A stretch of 64,000 nucleotides of DNA from Eledone cirrhosa (GCA_964016885.1 OZ024744.1:74400001-74464000), one strand, 5' to 3'; shown: positions 1 to 14,144, counted from the stretch's first letter. Program-made: numbers and translations. Notes: generated by a model from the sequence alone, not told the origin.

Positions 1-1677
1 TGGCCAAGCGATCGACCTACAATTAGGAATGAGCAGCAAAGCACTCCATGAGGTCTGGTCTGAGTAATAACATACGCTTAGACAGCTTGACAAATTGGAA
101 ATTGCGGCAGGCAGACCTAGCCACATAATACCCAAAACAACGAAGAAACTAATCAGGTTAAGCAACTGACCTGGACATATCGAATGATATTTTGCAATAC
201 GTTCGATAGGTTTCTATGAAATCCGATTTCATCCATCCAGCCTACGTAACATGATGGTACCACAAGATGGTACCACAAAGAGGAGGATGAAGTTAGTAGT
301 AGCAGTAGTGGTTTCTGCATCTTTTTTCTTTTAGTTTTGGTTTTCTCAAATTATAATCGAACTAGGATTCACGTCGTCAATAGGAAATTTCGTTCTATGC
401 CTCAAGCCGGTGTGGACTGGAACACTGAACTGCTATCAGTCGTAGCTCCCAGTGTTCCACTGTCACGTGTTTTTTTTCAACAAGGGAAGTAATCCCCGGT
501 TTTTGGCCGGTAAATTCAAAGTGTGAACAAAGGAATTCAATTCCGTTCCACATTCCGAATGAAAAGCTCTCGACTAAACGTTATTAAACAAACATAAATA
601 ATTAACCAATCAATGGAATTGTCTAATTAAATTAATTAGTTAATCATTAAGTCTAGGAGATAATAACACAAGTGGAAGGAAGCTTATTAAAATCGAAGCT
701 TTGGCTGTGGCCAAGCGAACGACCTACACTATAGGAATATGTAGATATATCTTAGTCATACCATTACCCATATCATCCGTATCAGGCGTTTCCAATGTGC
801 AGGTCATATCATGAGGCAATGAACCTGCGTCCAAACCTTTACTTTGTGCGCCCATTAATGTTAAACGCAAACGCGGAAGTCCTCTTAAGACATTAAAAAG
901 AGTAATTAAGGAAGATACGGTAGAGAACAGAGGCTGTTAAAGTTGGATCGTTTGAGATAGAAAGGTTTTATGATGGCACCACAAAGAGGAGGATGAATTT
1001 AGTAGTAGCAGTAGTGGTTTCTGCATCTTTTTTCTTTTAGTTTTGGTTTTCTCAAATTATAACTGTTTGTTTATTTGTTCTTTTTGTTAATTTAATCATA
1101 AAACTGTTCCTTTATTTAGAAGCGATATATTCACTAATATCAAATGTGCTTTTCACTCATGTGTTTTGAAACAACGCGGCCTACTATTAAGCAATAAACA
1201 ACAAATCAAAAAGTATATTTGCAAAAATGTGTACATTATGAAACGCCGAAAGATAACACTTCTTTTTGGCATCGAGAAACGGTGTAGACAATTAAGTATA
1301 TTTAAACCATTTGTTGGTGAATAGACATAAGTAAAAACGTGAAAAAATATCTTAAAAATCAAATACGAATTTTACTGCATCGATTTCTGACATAGGCACA
1401 TGTCTAAAAATGTTGAAGCGGGTAAGAGAGGAACAGGTGATTAATAAAACACTAGTACTTCCGTGGAATCTTAGTATTTTGTGAAAGCCGATTGAAGGAA
1501 GATAAAGTGTTCCTCGGTGGGACTTGGAATGAGAACGCAACGAGCCGGAAATATACTGTGTAAGTTAACATATATACAGCTTAAGGTTAATATGCTTTCA
1601 CGAAAATGTTATAGAGTACACCGAATTTTATTTTATTTTATGTGATCATGTGATCACTACTATTTCAGCGTCAATTG

Positions 1678-1797
1678 TGAAGACGGAAGGTTAGTAGTTA
1701 GGGTGATTGGTTAACGCTCATAAAGACATGAGTTCTATTTCCGGCGACGTGTTGTGTTAATGAATGATACATTTTATTTCACGTTGTTCCAGTCCAC
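1678..1797 (+). mobile_element. tRNA-derived SINE (family B) 5' head fragment
   Basis: gtgaag...ggtta...gagttctattccgg...gtgttgtgtt..tttatttcacgttgttccagtccac matches the head of the full copy at 60885-61220. Confidence 0.55.
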
Positions 1798-1889
1798 CGT
1801 TCCAGTCCAGAAATAGCCGTCGAAACGGCTTGAGCTCTGCCGTCGGGGTCATACACTTTAATATATATATATATGTATATGCGTGTGTC

Positions 1890-2200
1890 TGCTGGTAGCT
1901 AAGATGCTTCCATAGGCGGTATGCCGGTTGAGCACTCTATGCTCTTACAGAGCAGAGTATGATAGAATAGAAAACGAAAAATCAGTGATGCATCTGAACT
2001 CAATTTATTGTGTGTTACAATTGTTTCCCGGCGGACAGCTCGAGACGCGATCATTGTGTGGATCTGTCTGATTTTGGACCCGCAGGTTCGACGGACACCT
2101 CTAATGATTTCGGAGCATATTCTCTTACTGGGTATCTGACCTACTGGGCCAGTACCGTCGAAAACTTCATCCACTTCGCGCATCCTGTGATTGGCCGCTG
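1890..2200 (-). repeat. 3' pseudo-LTR of Penelope-like element
   Basis: Follows the PLE ORF remnant, contains AATAAA and GAAACAATTGTA, ends near a (TA)/(CA) tract, and recurs rearranged at 28472-28770. Confidence 0.65.
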
Positions 2201-3657
2201 GTTGTCGACGTCATCATAATTCGTCGGGACATAATGCGTCGGGATCTATTTTTTCTTGGTTTATGCTCATACTTAGTATATGCTACCTTATCGACAAATC
2301 CATTCCGAGCAAGTGCTTCATTGTAATATGTGGAATGGTCGGTGAAAATATGCTCGTTTGTAGATAGACGGGAAAGCCTCAAAGAAAACGTTTCTTACTA
2401 GGTTCTTGGTTATGCTGGCAGGATGGTTAGAATGATTACTTATATAATTAAGCGTATCATTCGGCTTTCTATAAGGGTAATGCAAGCCATTCGACAAATT
2501 GAGGGTAACGTCGAGGTAATTAACGACCGAGAGGTTGGCCTCAACCTGTATGGAGAGGTTGAAGACTTTAAAGAAGACTGTGAGTTCTTTTCTAAACCTG
2601 TCGTAAGCGCGTCATCGCGGTATAAGCCACGGCCTACATTGGGGAATTCTTCCTTGATAGCGAAAAGAAGAAAAGGGCCGATAAGATCTGTAACCTCCGC
2701 TGAATCGGGGGCACCCATACTCACGTCGAATGGGGTACTATTAGATTTTTTAACCAAAGAAAGTCGGCGAAATTAATCACTGACTTACGGGCATTGAGAA
2801 TGACATCAACTTCGAAATCCTTAACCACCGTGAGCATATTAGCGAAATTAATAGCTCTAAGTAGAAGTGGTAAAGTGATGGAGGAGAAGTAGTTATTGAT
2901 GTCGAATTGGATAAAACCGCAATGTTCCTTGTTGCATATGCCATTGAACCAATCAATCACTGCGAAAGAATTATTCCTCAGTGCAACAGGGGCCAAACTT
3001 CTAATTTCAGGTATAATTATATCTAAAATCCTTTTACTGAGTCTACCTAAATCAGACTTCGTAGGGTTAATTAGCCGAATAGAGGGTTGTTGGCGAAATT
3101 GCGTTTGTGATCCTTCAGGGTAAAACGGGGAGAAATAGGGTTCCAGAGGTTCAGTCCAGTCCTGGATGTTGAGTTCAAAAGTGATTTTAAACCCACCATC
3201 GTTGATGTCATTAATGGCACTCCGATTGGTTTTCCGGTAATCCTTAGTTACATCATTATGTAGCAGTTGATGGTAAGTACTGCACACCACTTAATATAGA
3301 TTACCTGTTTTGTCGGAGTGGACGTGCACATCATTAGAATCCTTAATAGAACGAATTCTATTCTTCATGTCCTGTTGGAAGGAATTGATCCTGTTCCGAA
3401 ATTTGATACGCCATATGAGTTCCAAGACATCATTTTCGAAGGGTAGCAATGCTGGCTTACTCGGAGGGTTATTGTAAGTGTTAAACCCAAATTTATCCTG
3501 CTTATTGTCCGCTTTTTCCTGGTTATCGAAATAAAAGGCACGCCAACGCAACCTTTTAAGGAACGAATCCGTTTTTTGTATCAAAAGTTTTAGATATGCC
3601 TTCCTGCTAGGTACGAGTATGTTCTTTATAGAAATATTCAGGAGTTATTTTTGCATG
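2200..3657 (-). pseudogene. Penelope-like retroelement reverse transcriptase, frameshifted, C-terminal GIY-YIG missing
   Basis: Collinear PLE motifs across frames: KNILVPS..FLKRLRWRAFYF, SDKTGNLY, IRLINPTKSDLGRLSKRILD, FIQFDINNYFSSI, FDVSMGAPDSAEV, GLYRDDAL, RLSRLSTNEHIF..YNEAL..RKNRSRRI. Confidence 0.9.
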
Positions 3658-3839
3658 ATGAATATAAGTCAATAGAATGCTCAACCAAGGGATATTTAAT
3701 TAATATTACTTTTATGATTTTAATAACCTCTGTCATTTTCGTCCTACTAATTTATTTACATTATTCTTAACTCTGTCTTTGCGTGTAATTGTTCTCATAG
3801 ATCCACATAACGACGTTTTATCTTCGCCTTTTTTCCGTT

Positions 3840-4075
3840 CATTTCCAGGGAACGTCTTCACGAACCAAAGTATCGTCTTCCTGTTTTGCTTCGGTTGCAA
3901 GGTTTTTCGAAATATTTACTTCTGCGTTCACAGATTCAATTGTTTTCGTTTCAGAAGATCTGTTAAGGGTGAAAGCAGCGATTCTTAGCTTAAATTTTAA
4001 TCTGTTATTTTAATAAATATTTGCTCTAGGGTTCTTATATATTTGATATATATTTTACCTTATCGAGCCCTCTTT

Positions 4076-4080
<5 letters not shown>
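3840..4080 (+). repeat. dispersed pLTR-like repeat (CAGAAGATC...GAAAGCAGCG family)
   Basis: Pieces recur at 4822-4870, 5230-5410 (inverted), 31795-31912, 52203-52290 and 57000-57090, usually beside (TA)n. Confidence 0.6.
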
Positions 4081-4153
<73 letters not shown>

Positions 4154-4589
4154 GATAACAGAGGCCACGTGCTATTCCTCTCCGCCTATAAAAACTTTTT
4201 CCCCTCGGAAAACCCCCAGTTGATGGATGTGAAATCAGAAATATAGGGACAATTAAATCACTTCCAAGGCAACTCTATCTTACCTATGTTACTATTTGTA
4301 CGTTCCTCTACACCCTCTCCGTCTTATTCTACATTTCATCTTACATCTCTCCCCCTCTCCCTCTCTCTCTCGCTCTCTATTTACGACCTGATTCTGTTAA
4401 CCGGAGATTTACCCATCTCCATTGTTGAGGCTTTCAAAACGACCAATTTTATTATTCCACAATTCTTCAAGCCAACTTCAAAACTCTCTTTGTATCTTAT
4501 CTAAGATACAATATCAATATATAATGTTGTAATGAATAAATGTTCAAAAGACTAGGAATGTAGTTATTACATGTTTAAACATTGTGTAA

Positions 4590-4634
4590 GCTCCGATAAC
4601 TCCAGACAATTATCTGGAAGAAACGATCATCAGC
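4590..4634 (+). ncRNA. degenerate minimal hammerhead ribozyme (PLE type)
   Basis: gct-CCGATAA-stemII(tccaga/tctgga)-GAAA-cgatca-TC-agc; two core changes versus CTGATGA. Confidence 0.45.
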
Positions 4635-4792
4635 CATTAAATGTATTAAGCAAAAATTTCATTGTTTCTATTTTGAATCTCTGCTCTGTAATACATCTGA
4701 TATTTTACACTGAGCTATTTCTCTTACTGGTAATCGGTTAGTGCAGCATACTACCCTTTCATATTGACATATATCTCATGTATAAATATAAA

Positions 4793-4941
4793 CTAACAGA
4801 ATGGCCCGGCGTTGCTCGGGATTTGCTCTAGGGTTCTTATATATTTGATATATATTTATCCTTAGCGAGCCTCGTGAAATAAGTAGGTTTTGTTTATATT
4901 TTGTTATTGTGTATGCAAAAATATCTGTGCACGAATATATA

Positions 4942-5018
<77 letters not shown>

Positions 5019-6014
5019 CAGTACAGAGAAATACGGAATACCTCGGCCTCGGAATGGTGTCTACATTTTGTGATTATCACAAAAATTCGTCGTAGATTAC
5101 CAGCGGTTTTTTTCCGTGCGAAGAAAATCAATATTTATCGCGAAATAAATACTTTTGTTTATAATTTGTTATTGTGCATGCACGAATATCTGTACACGAA
5201 AATATAATTATATATATATATATATATTTATTGAAATAACAGATTAAAGTTTAAGCAAAGAATCGCAGCTTTTACCCTTATCGGGATCTTCTGAAACTAA
5301 AATAAAAAACATCAATCTGTGAACGCGGATGTAAACATTTCGAAAAAGTTGCAACCGAAGGAAAACAGGCAGACGATACTTTGGTTCGTGAAGATGTTCC
5401 CTGGCATAAGAATATATATATATACACACACACTATATATACATATATGGCGGACGCCAACTCGTCCTCGAGTACGGCCACTACTTTATATCCATGTAGG
5501 AGACCACTACCGATGCGCTGAACGAGTGTGACTTTTTAGTCCAGCCAGCGACTTGAAAACTCTGGTACAAACACTACACTTGTGACAATTATTGACACAT
5601 AGTGCTGGGCCCATGGTACCATGTGACGACAAGTGCAGAGAGATCTCCAGATATAAAGCAATGCCTGTGCCGTGAAGTTTTTATAGTGAGCAAAGGCACT
5701 GCACAAAGCCAGTCCCACTCTCTTAACCAAGATGATATTTACCAAAAAGAAGAACAAGTCAACATCATTGGATACCATCAGGGTTGCAGGTGTTACATCA
5801 GAGTTTTCCTTCTCCTAGAATTCTGCCTTGATAAAGGCTAAGGGGTCATCTCTCCCATATACACACATATACAAACATATACACATAGACACACACACAC
5901 ATACACACATATACACATATACAGACATATATACACACACATACACACACCCAGCCATACACAGATACACACACACACATATACACACATATATACACAC
6001 ACACATATATACAC

Positions 6015-6049
<35 letters not shown>

Positions 6050-6762
6050 CATACACATATATACATATATACATACATACACACATATAAATACATACAC
6101 ACACAGACACACACATATATATATATATATGTGTGTACGTATCTGTGTGTATGTCATTGTTTGTGGATATATGTATAGTGTGTGAATATACTGGGAATAG
6201 CGGGCTGTGGTTGGAGTTCATATACTTTTGCATGTCGTATATATATATATATATACTCACATATGTCCACACATACATGGGCACATCACACGCAAACACA
6301 TCTTTTACATACAGACACCACCTAAACACCATTCATATACATATATACACATATATATATACATATATATATACATATATAGACATATATATACATATAT
6401 ACACATACTATATATACATATATACACACAGTATATATACATATATATACACACACTGATCGCGTCATAATGACGTAATGCAGCCAGCCAGGCATACAGA
6501 CTGATATTACAAGGGCGCGACGTTATATCTATGTATCTATCTAAAAAGAGAATGACTAAAAATGATAGACAGAGATTGCTAAATCGCCTAATGCAGTGCC
6601 TAGGGCATTGAAAATTTGAAAATTCGAAATGTTCTGCTCAAAACACGCACGGGTCCATAAGTGTTACATGTGTAAAGTTTGAAAAAACTCGGTTGGGTGG
6701 TCCTCGAGTTTTAGTGATTGGACAGACAGACAAACAGACACTCTCTGTTTTAGTAAAATAGA
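4793..6762 (-). mobile_element. non-autonomous Helitron (family H1) with nested repeats
   Basis: Minus strand starts a|TC at 6762 and ends with hairpin cccgagcaacgccggg + ccattctgTTAG|t at 4793; both terminal segments match the copy at 31428-32652. Confidence 0.75.
5445..5856 (-). mobile_element. ~410 bp RTE-5'UTR-like non-autonomous repeat
   Basis: Highly similar inverted copy at 12001-12410; contains ctaggagaaggaaaactctga, resembling invertebrate RTE 5' regions; ends in (TA)n. Confidence 0.6.
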
Positions 6763-6796
6763 TAATATTATTAGGATATATATATATATATGATAT

Positions 6797-6927
6797 ATTC
6801 CTGATGATTTCTCCCGAATGAAGCAGTTCTAGTCCTGTTGAAGCCCATTCTATATTAAATATCTATACTCTGCTATGTATTGATTACTTTACCTACTGTG
6901 GTTACCCCTAATTGAACCCTGGATAAA

Positions 6928-6930
<3 letters not shown>
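6797..6930 (+). repeat. PLE pLTR-like family A (CTGATGATTTC..GAAACAGTTCTAGTC)
   Basis: Copies at 11636-11821, 20320-20510, 28205-28365 (-) and 31365-31416 (-), all beside (TA)n; hammerhead-like core. Confidence 0.6.
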
Positions 6931-6980
<50 letters not shown>

Positions 6981-7288
6981 TAGCTGTTTAACCCCGTTTT
7001 ACCCGGGAGATTTGGTTCACTGATAAGAATTCAACTTCTTTTCCTCACCAAGAAACCAACAAAAATCACAAAAAGGGAACACAAAAAACAAAAAATATTA
7101 AGAATAACAAACCGAAATCCTAATAAATTTACTGTCAAATAAGGTTGAAAACAGAAATATGAAAACCCCCAAAATAGAAAAAAAAATTGAAATCCGAAAA
7201 GACAAAACACAAACAAAGACAAACATAAAAATCAATCAAATTAATAATCACAAACTTATGTGCATTTATTTGCCTTGCAATTAAAATG

Positions 7289-7411
7289 GGGCTGACACAG
7301 AAGCGAAGATCGACATGAAGTCGAACCATGTATGGCACGGAAAAGAGGCTGGCACAGAAGCGAAGATCGACATGAAGTTGAACCGTGCATGGCACGGAAA
7401 AGAGGCTGGCA
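7289..7411. repeat. ~59 bp tandem duplication in Helitron 3' region
   Basis: cacagaagcgaagatcgacatgaagt.gaacc.tg.atggcacggaaaagaggctggca occurs twice. Confidence 0.85.
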
Positions 7412-7455
7412 ATGAAGAGCGTTATCATTGTAGAGCCTCTTGGTAGACAACATTC

Positions 7456-7990
7456 TTAACTTATATTTTTGTTGAGTAAATGAAGAGTCCCTACTAGGGA
7501 ACATCCAACGTACAGTTGGCCATGTGAGAATACCTGTTCATTCAGATTCAGTCCAACCACTTGTATCGATTGTCCCTGTGCCTTGTTGGTGGTCATGGCA
7601 AAGCTGAGTTTGATGGGATATTGCAATCGCGTAAATTCGTTGACGATGTCAGAGGGACTGAGTTGTACTGGAAGAATTAGAACGTCTGTGCCAGCAGCTG
7701 GTCCGTTCAAGATTGTCGCAACCAGAATTTTGAACTTTAACGATTTGATGATAATTCGTGTTCTGTTGCACATTGTTGGAGAGTCCAAGTTCCTTAGCAT
7801 CATAACCGGCACACCAACTTTTAGCTCTAGGTCGTGAGGTGGATGTCCAGGAGGTGTTTGACTGTTGAGGAATTCAATGGGAAACATTGTGGCATCCTCA
7901 GCATTTTTATTGGTGTCAATAGACTTAAATGAAACTGTATTCCCTGGAAGCCGATCGAGGAGCTTTATTAATTTGAATGTGTTGTTTATG
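7456..7990 (-). pseudogene. Helitron RepHel C-terminal PIF1-like helicase fragment
   Basis: EFLNS..PPG.PPH.LELKVGVPVMMLRNL..MCN.TR; RLQYPIKLSFAMTTNKAQGQS; VFSHGQLYV. Confidence 0.92.
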
Positions 7991-8555
7991 CAGTAGAAGT
8001 CTGCTTAGAACGCGCAAAACATAAAATCTCGTAATCGAGCGTTCACGATACTGACGTGACGTTGAAAGTCGGCCTTCCCTTTGGCTAGCCGTTTCATTGG
8101 AAATTCCTGTTTCATCGATTTTCTCAGTAGCCATGGAGGCTTGTAGCTTGAAAGTCGACCCAACGCCTCCTCGGGTCATTCTGCATAACTGTATACATTT
8201 TCGCTGCATTCCACCAAGCCGTTTCGACGTTTATACGACTAAACCTACATATACAACGTCCTACCACTTCCAATTTATATAGTAGATATATAAATGGAAG
8301 TACAGCATATTCGAAGCCAGAGCCTCAGCCAAGCCGACGAATGCTTTCAGCAGTGCACCAAGCACTCGACAAGGTATAGGACCTCAGAGTAATAACATAC
8401 AGTTTACAGGGCTTTGAAAAATGAAGACAGCGACCGGTAATTCAGCTGGGGTCCATAGCAACGAAAGAACTGACTCGTGAGAAAAAAATTCATACACATA
8501 GACATACATATATATATATATATATACATATATATACATATATATATATATATAT

Positions 8556-8671
8556 AAGTTGTAATATAATGAAACGAAATTTCATTTCTCACTCTTAGTA
8601 CGGCACTTACTTAAATGTAAGTATGTATGTATACGTACATACATACATGTATACAGACGTGCAGTAGCATG

Positions 8672-8715
<44 letters not shown>

Positions 8716-9110
8716 TACAGGTACACATATCTACATGTACGTATCAGTTTAGCGAACGTTTATTATAACGCCCGCTTTGTTCGTTTGTAAACAAGCGAAC
8801 AGCCTGATTTATGCCATACGGTGTTAAGGCAACCACGTCACCTTTTTGTTCAACACTGACACAGGAACGATGTACTAGTTTCAAGCTTGTTAGCTATCAT
8901 CAGCACCGTATACCCTTCTGCCAGATAGTTGAACGTTCGAAAGTATATACTTTCCTTATGAAAATTAACGGCTGAGCAGCCTAATTTGCATATCGAGTGA
9001 GTTCAGTCGGCCAGGCGTACCGAAAACGATAAGTTGTAATATAATGAAACGAAATTTCATTTCTCACTCTTATACGGCACTTACTTAAATGTAAGTATGT
9101 ACGTATACAT
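8556..9110. repeat. ~75 bp direct repeat pair (8556-8630 / 9030-9102)
   Basis: taagttgtaatataatgaaacgaaatttcatttctcactctta.tacggcacttacttaaatgtaagtatgta occurs twice. Confidence 0.8.
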
Positions 9111-9123
9111 ACATACTTACATA

Positions 9124-9165
<42 letters not shown>

Positions 9166-9301
9166 TATATTTATCATAAAGTATGTCCATAGAATCATTT
9201 GATAACATATATATATGTGTGTGTGTGTGTTTGTATGTGTGTGTGTGTATGTGTGCTTGTGATGTGTGCCTGTGTTGTGTGCGTATGCGACACTTACTTA
9301 C

Positions 9302-9753
<452 letters not shown>

Positions 9754-10422
9754 GAGGGGAATATGTATTGAGACTAAGAATGTAGGAGGAAGCAGAGAAT
9801 GAGGCCGATACATAAATGCAGAGAGTACGGACAAGAATGACAGAGAGCGAGAGCAATAGATACAAAGACAGAGAGAGAGAGAGAGAGACTAGACTACCAA
9901 GCGTTATATACAAAGGAAAAGAAATATAAGGAGAAAGGAGAGAATGAAAGTGTGTAAGAAAGAGAGATAGAGAAATAGAGATAGAGAGATATTGAGAAAT
10001 TCTAGTCGTAGAACTTTGATGTTTAATGCCGTTCTTAATATAACTTGAATCAACAGCCTTAATATATCTTGGAGCACTTAACTTCCTCTTCGAGAATTGA
10101 CAAGAATTCAGTGAGCACCAATGCTATTTATACGCACCTGAATGAGTCTGTGACAAAGCGGCATTGCATTCGAAAGTAATCTTAATTATTAACTATAAAA
10201 ACTCTGTTTATTTTCAGCAAAATTAACAAAAGAATTAGAGTCTCTATTGGTTGAAAGATGTGTCTATGTATATTGAGTGGTGTGTGTATGTATGTGTAGT
10301 GTGGTTGAGATACCATTCTATTTGTGTATATATTGGAATGTGTATGAGGTGATTTTCTGACGTGAATGGGATTACACTGGCATACAAGTAGGTAGGTAGA
10401 TGTAATTTAATGTATGTGTATA

Positions 10423-10550
<128 letters not shown>

Positions 10551-10649
10551 CGTGTGTGTGTGTGTGTGCATGTATGTATGTGTCTGTATATGTATGTAAG
10601 ATATCTGAATATATGAATGTCTTTCTCTCTTCCTCCTCCTCATCTCTCT

Positions 10650-10710
<61 letters not shown>

Positions 10711-11292
10711 ATGTTTTATGTATGTATGTATATTTACACACACACACACACGCATATATAAAGGTATAGAGTAGGTAATCGAAACTGCACCTATGAGTAT
10801 ATAAATATACACACTTTTAGAAAATTAAAAAAGAGAAAATTAATGATAAACAACTTCAATCGATTTTCGGACCATGTTGGGCCCTCATTAGAAGGCGTGT
10901 ATATATATTAAAAACAACCATAAGGAAACGTGTATTTCCTGGGCTTATATACCCATTCGCTCTTAGTTTTATTCTGAAATGGAGGTAGTAATTTACCTAC
11001 AATTAACGCTTGTGTCATTTTTTTCTGATAGGTTTACATGCCTACATATTAAAAATGAGTAAATTTATTTATACACACATTGGTGCAGTCTCGGTTACCC
11101 ACTCTGTATGTATATAGATATAAGTATATTATACACTTTAGCTAGTAGCGCGCTTCTAATTATTTATCTTCTAGTTTGCGAGTGTTTTCACATATCAGTG
11201 CCTAGGTTTCTAAGTCCTTGCTGGTGATTACGAAACTATGGATGATGTAAAACCTAATTTTGATACACAGTAGATACACTACCTTTTGAAGA

Positions 11293-11403
11293 TCCTTATG
11301 CATTCCAAAACGACTCGACCAAATCAAAGCAAATTTTATAAGGTACTAGACACCGGGAGTGACATTATATAATTTTTATTTTCATTAGAATTAATATGCT
11401 TTT
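11293..11403 (+). mobile_element. non-autonomous Helitron-like 5' segment (copy 1; copy 2 at 13350-13476)
   Basis: ccttatgc..ccaaaacg.ctcgaccaaatcaaagcaaattttat..ggtactagacac.gggagtga is duplicated. Confidence 0.5.
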
Positions 11404-11481
11404 ATTTTCAAAGAATTAATATGATTTAAAGAATGAATATGATTAATATATATCTATATATATATGATTAATATATGATTA

Positions 11482-11518
<37 letters not shown>

Positions 11519-11572
11519 CGTGTGTGCGTGTGTGTATGTGTAGGTGTGTGTGCCTGTGAATAAGAGACGGGA

Positions 11573-11636
<64 letters not shown>

Positions 11637-11841
11637 ATATAGAAATGGCTTCTACAGGACTAGAATTCTTTCATTCAATCATCAGGAATCTTACCGTTGA
11701 TTTCTCCCGAATGAAACAGTTCTAGTCTTGTAGAAGCCATTTCTATATTAAATATTTATACTCTGCTATGTATTGAGTACCTTACTTACTGTGGTTACTC
11801 CCAATTGAACCCGGAATAAACATATATATATATATATAAGG

Positions 11842-11961
<120 letters not shown>

Positions 11962-12000
11962 TTATATATATATATATATAGAAGACTTGTTGGCTGATAA

Positions 12001-12410
12001 GAGAGATGACCCTTTAGCCTTTGTCAAGGCAGATTTTCTAGGAGAAGGAAAACTCTGATATAACACCTGCAACCTTGATGGTATCCAATGATGTTGACTT
12101 GTTCTTCTTTTTGGTAAATATCATCTTGGTTAAGAGAGTGGGACTGGCTTTGTGCAGTGCCTTTGCTCACTATAAAAGCTTCACGGCACAGGCATTGCTT
12201 TATATCTGGAGATGTTTCTGCACTTGTCATCACATGGTACCATGGGCCCAGCACTATGTGTCAATAATTGTCACAAGTGTAGTGTTTGTACCAGAGTTTT
12301 CAAGTCGCTGGCTGGACTAAAAAGCCACACTCGTTCAGCGCATCGGTAGGGGTTCTCCTACATGGATATAAAGTAGTGGCCGTACTCGAAAACGAGTTGG
12401 CAGCCACCAT
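12001..12410 (+). mobile_element. ~410 bp RTE-5'UTR-like non-autonomous repeat (copy 2)
   Basis: Reverse complement of 5445-5856. Confidence 0.6.
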
Positions 12411-13039
12411 ATATATATATATATCCTTATTGGGTTTCAACTATGACCATTTAGTTGAACTTCTAGATCATTAGATTGCTGCATATTTGGGCGAGTGTTC
12501 CAAATGTGTGTCTACACTTCACGCAATACCAACTCCGAACGATTCAGCATAACACAATATATGACAATGCGAAAACATTAAAGTATAGAGTCATTCCAGT
12601 CGATGGCCTTCCAAACAGATTTCATTCCCCCAGTTTCATTCAATTTCACTCAGACCATCAGTCAACCAGAGGCTATGATAAAGCAACTAATCAAGATATT
12701 GAACAGTAAGAACGATTTTCAAAACTATAAGTTTGGAGCGAAATGTTTAACTTCTTATTCATGTCGTCAGAATTTCAACAAAATGCCTTGTTATATTTGA
12801 GCTGCCTCTCTGCGCTTTGAGTTTAAACTGGGCCTTAGTCTATTCTGCCTTCTATCCTCCTTCGGATTAAATACTGCTTCAGCTGAAGGTATCGATTGGC
12901 GGAGTTGTGAAAGCGTCACTATTTGTAGCAATACGAGATCCGGCTTCTCGGGTTATGTTAAAATCTTGGTTTGTCCTACTTAGGTGACAGCTTTAAAAAA
13001 AATGTTCTGTGTAATAACACAATTTTTAACTTGGTATCT

Positions 13040-13075
<36 letters not shown>

Positions 13076-13167
13076 TTATATGTATATTATATGTAGGTAT
13101 ATACTTACCTATGTATGTATGTTTGTATGAATGTAATTATGTAAGCATGTATGTATGGATGTATGAC

Positions 13168-13282
<115 letters not shown>

Positions 13283-13851
13283 TCTCTCCCCCTCTCTCTC
13301 ACTCTCTCTCTCACTATATATATATATATATATATATACACATTTTTGTTTCTCTGTCTGTCTTTTCCTTATGCTATCCAAAACGGCTCGACCAAATCAA
13401 AGCAAATTTTATGAGGTACTAGACACTGGGAGTGAAAATATATAATTTTTATTTTCATTAGAATTAATATGCTTTTAAACTAACATATGTTTCAGCCGAT
13501 AGAGTTTCATAGAAGTTACAAAATCAGAAATTTTAAAAATACTTAAAAAAAAAAATTATTATGCAAATGTTTTAATGGTTTTATACTGCGACCATCGGCA
13601 ATAGACTGAAAATCTTTATTTTCACATACTATCAGTTTACATATATAACGATTATAGAGATAGCGCATCAACAATATATATAGAAAGAATTTCAAATAGG
13701 AAATCAATATCTTTTAAAGAATTTTTTTTTAATTTCTGATTTTGTAACTTCACACCCTCGGATGAAGCTATCTAGGCTGAAACATGTGTTAATTTGAAAA
13801 GATATTTACTCTTTGGTGCTTTTTAATTTTACACCCCCCCCCCCCCCCCCC

Positions 13852-13909
<58 letters not shown>

Positions 13910-13950
13910 CAGAATATTAATAAATGAAGACATTCACATAATCACAATAT

Positions 13951-14020
13951 ATGTTTTATTATATATATTTCGAAGGTACTGTGCTGTTTTTTCAGTACGT
14001 CCTCGTCAGATAAAATACAT
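13951..14020 (-). ncRNA. minimal type I hammerhead ribozyme (PLE type)
   Basis: ttttat-CTGACGA-ggacgtactgaaaaaacagcacagtaccttc-GAAA-tatata-TA-ataaaa. Confidence 0.75.
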
Positions 14021-14144
14021 GAATTGATGTATGACATACCTCAACGGTCTTGATGGTTCAATTACAGTATTTGCAGTACTAGAATTGACTGCCAATACTA
14101 GAATTGAACCATCAAGACCGTTGAGGTATGTTATACATCAATTC

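Larger units (their letters stand above)
6980..8286 (-). mobile_element. internally deleted Helitron
   Basis: Canonical ends on the minus strand: a|TC at 8286, hairpin cccgggtaaaacgggg then CTAG|t at 6980; contains a PIF1 helicase remnant. Confidence 0.88.

Noticed and set aside
3950-3990. CAGAAGATC..GAAAGCAGCG as a functional hammerhead
   Set aside because: No convincing stem I or stem III and no NUH triplet
5536-5841. Duplicated ~80 aa ORFs (also 12024-12320) as small genes
   Set aside because: They reflect similarity between two repeat copies, occur on both strands and show no protein motif
6797-6845. pLTR family A as a complete hammerhead
   Set aside because: CTGATGA and stem II are present, but the 5' strand of stem I is truncated or ambiguous in every copy
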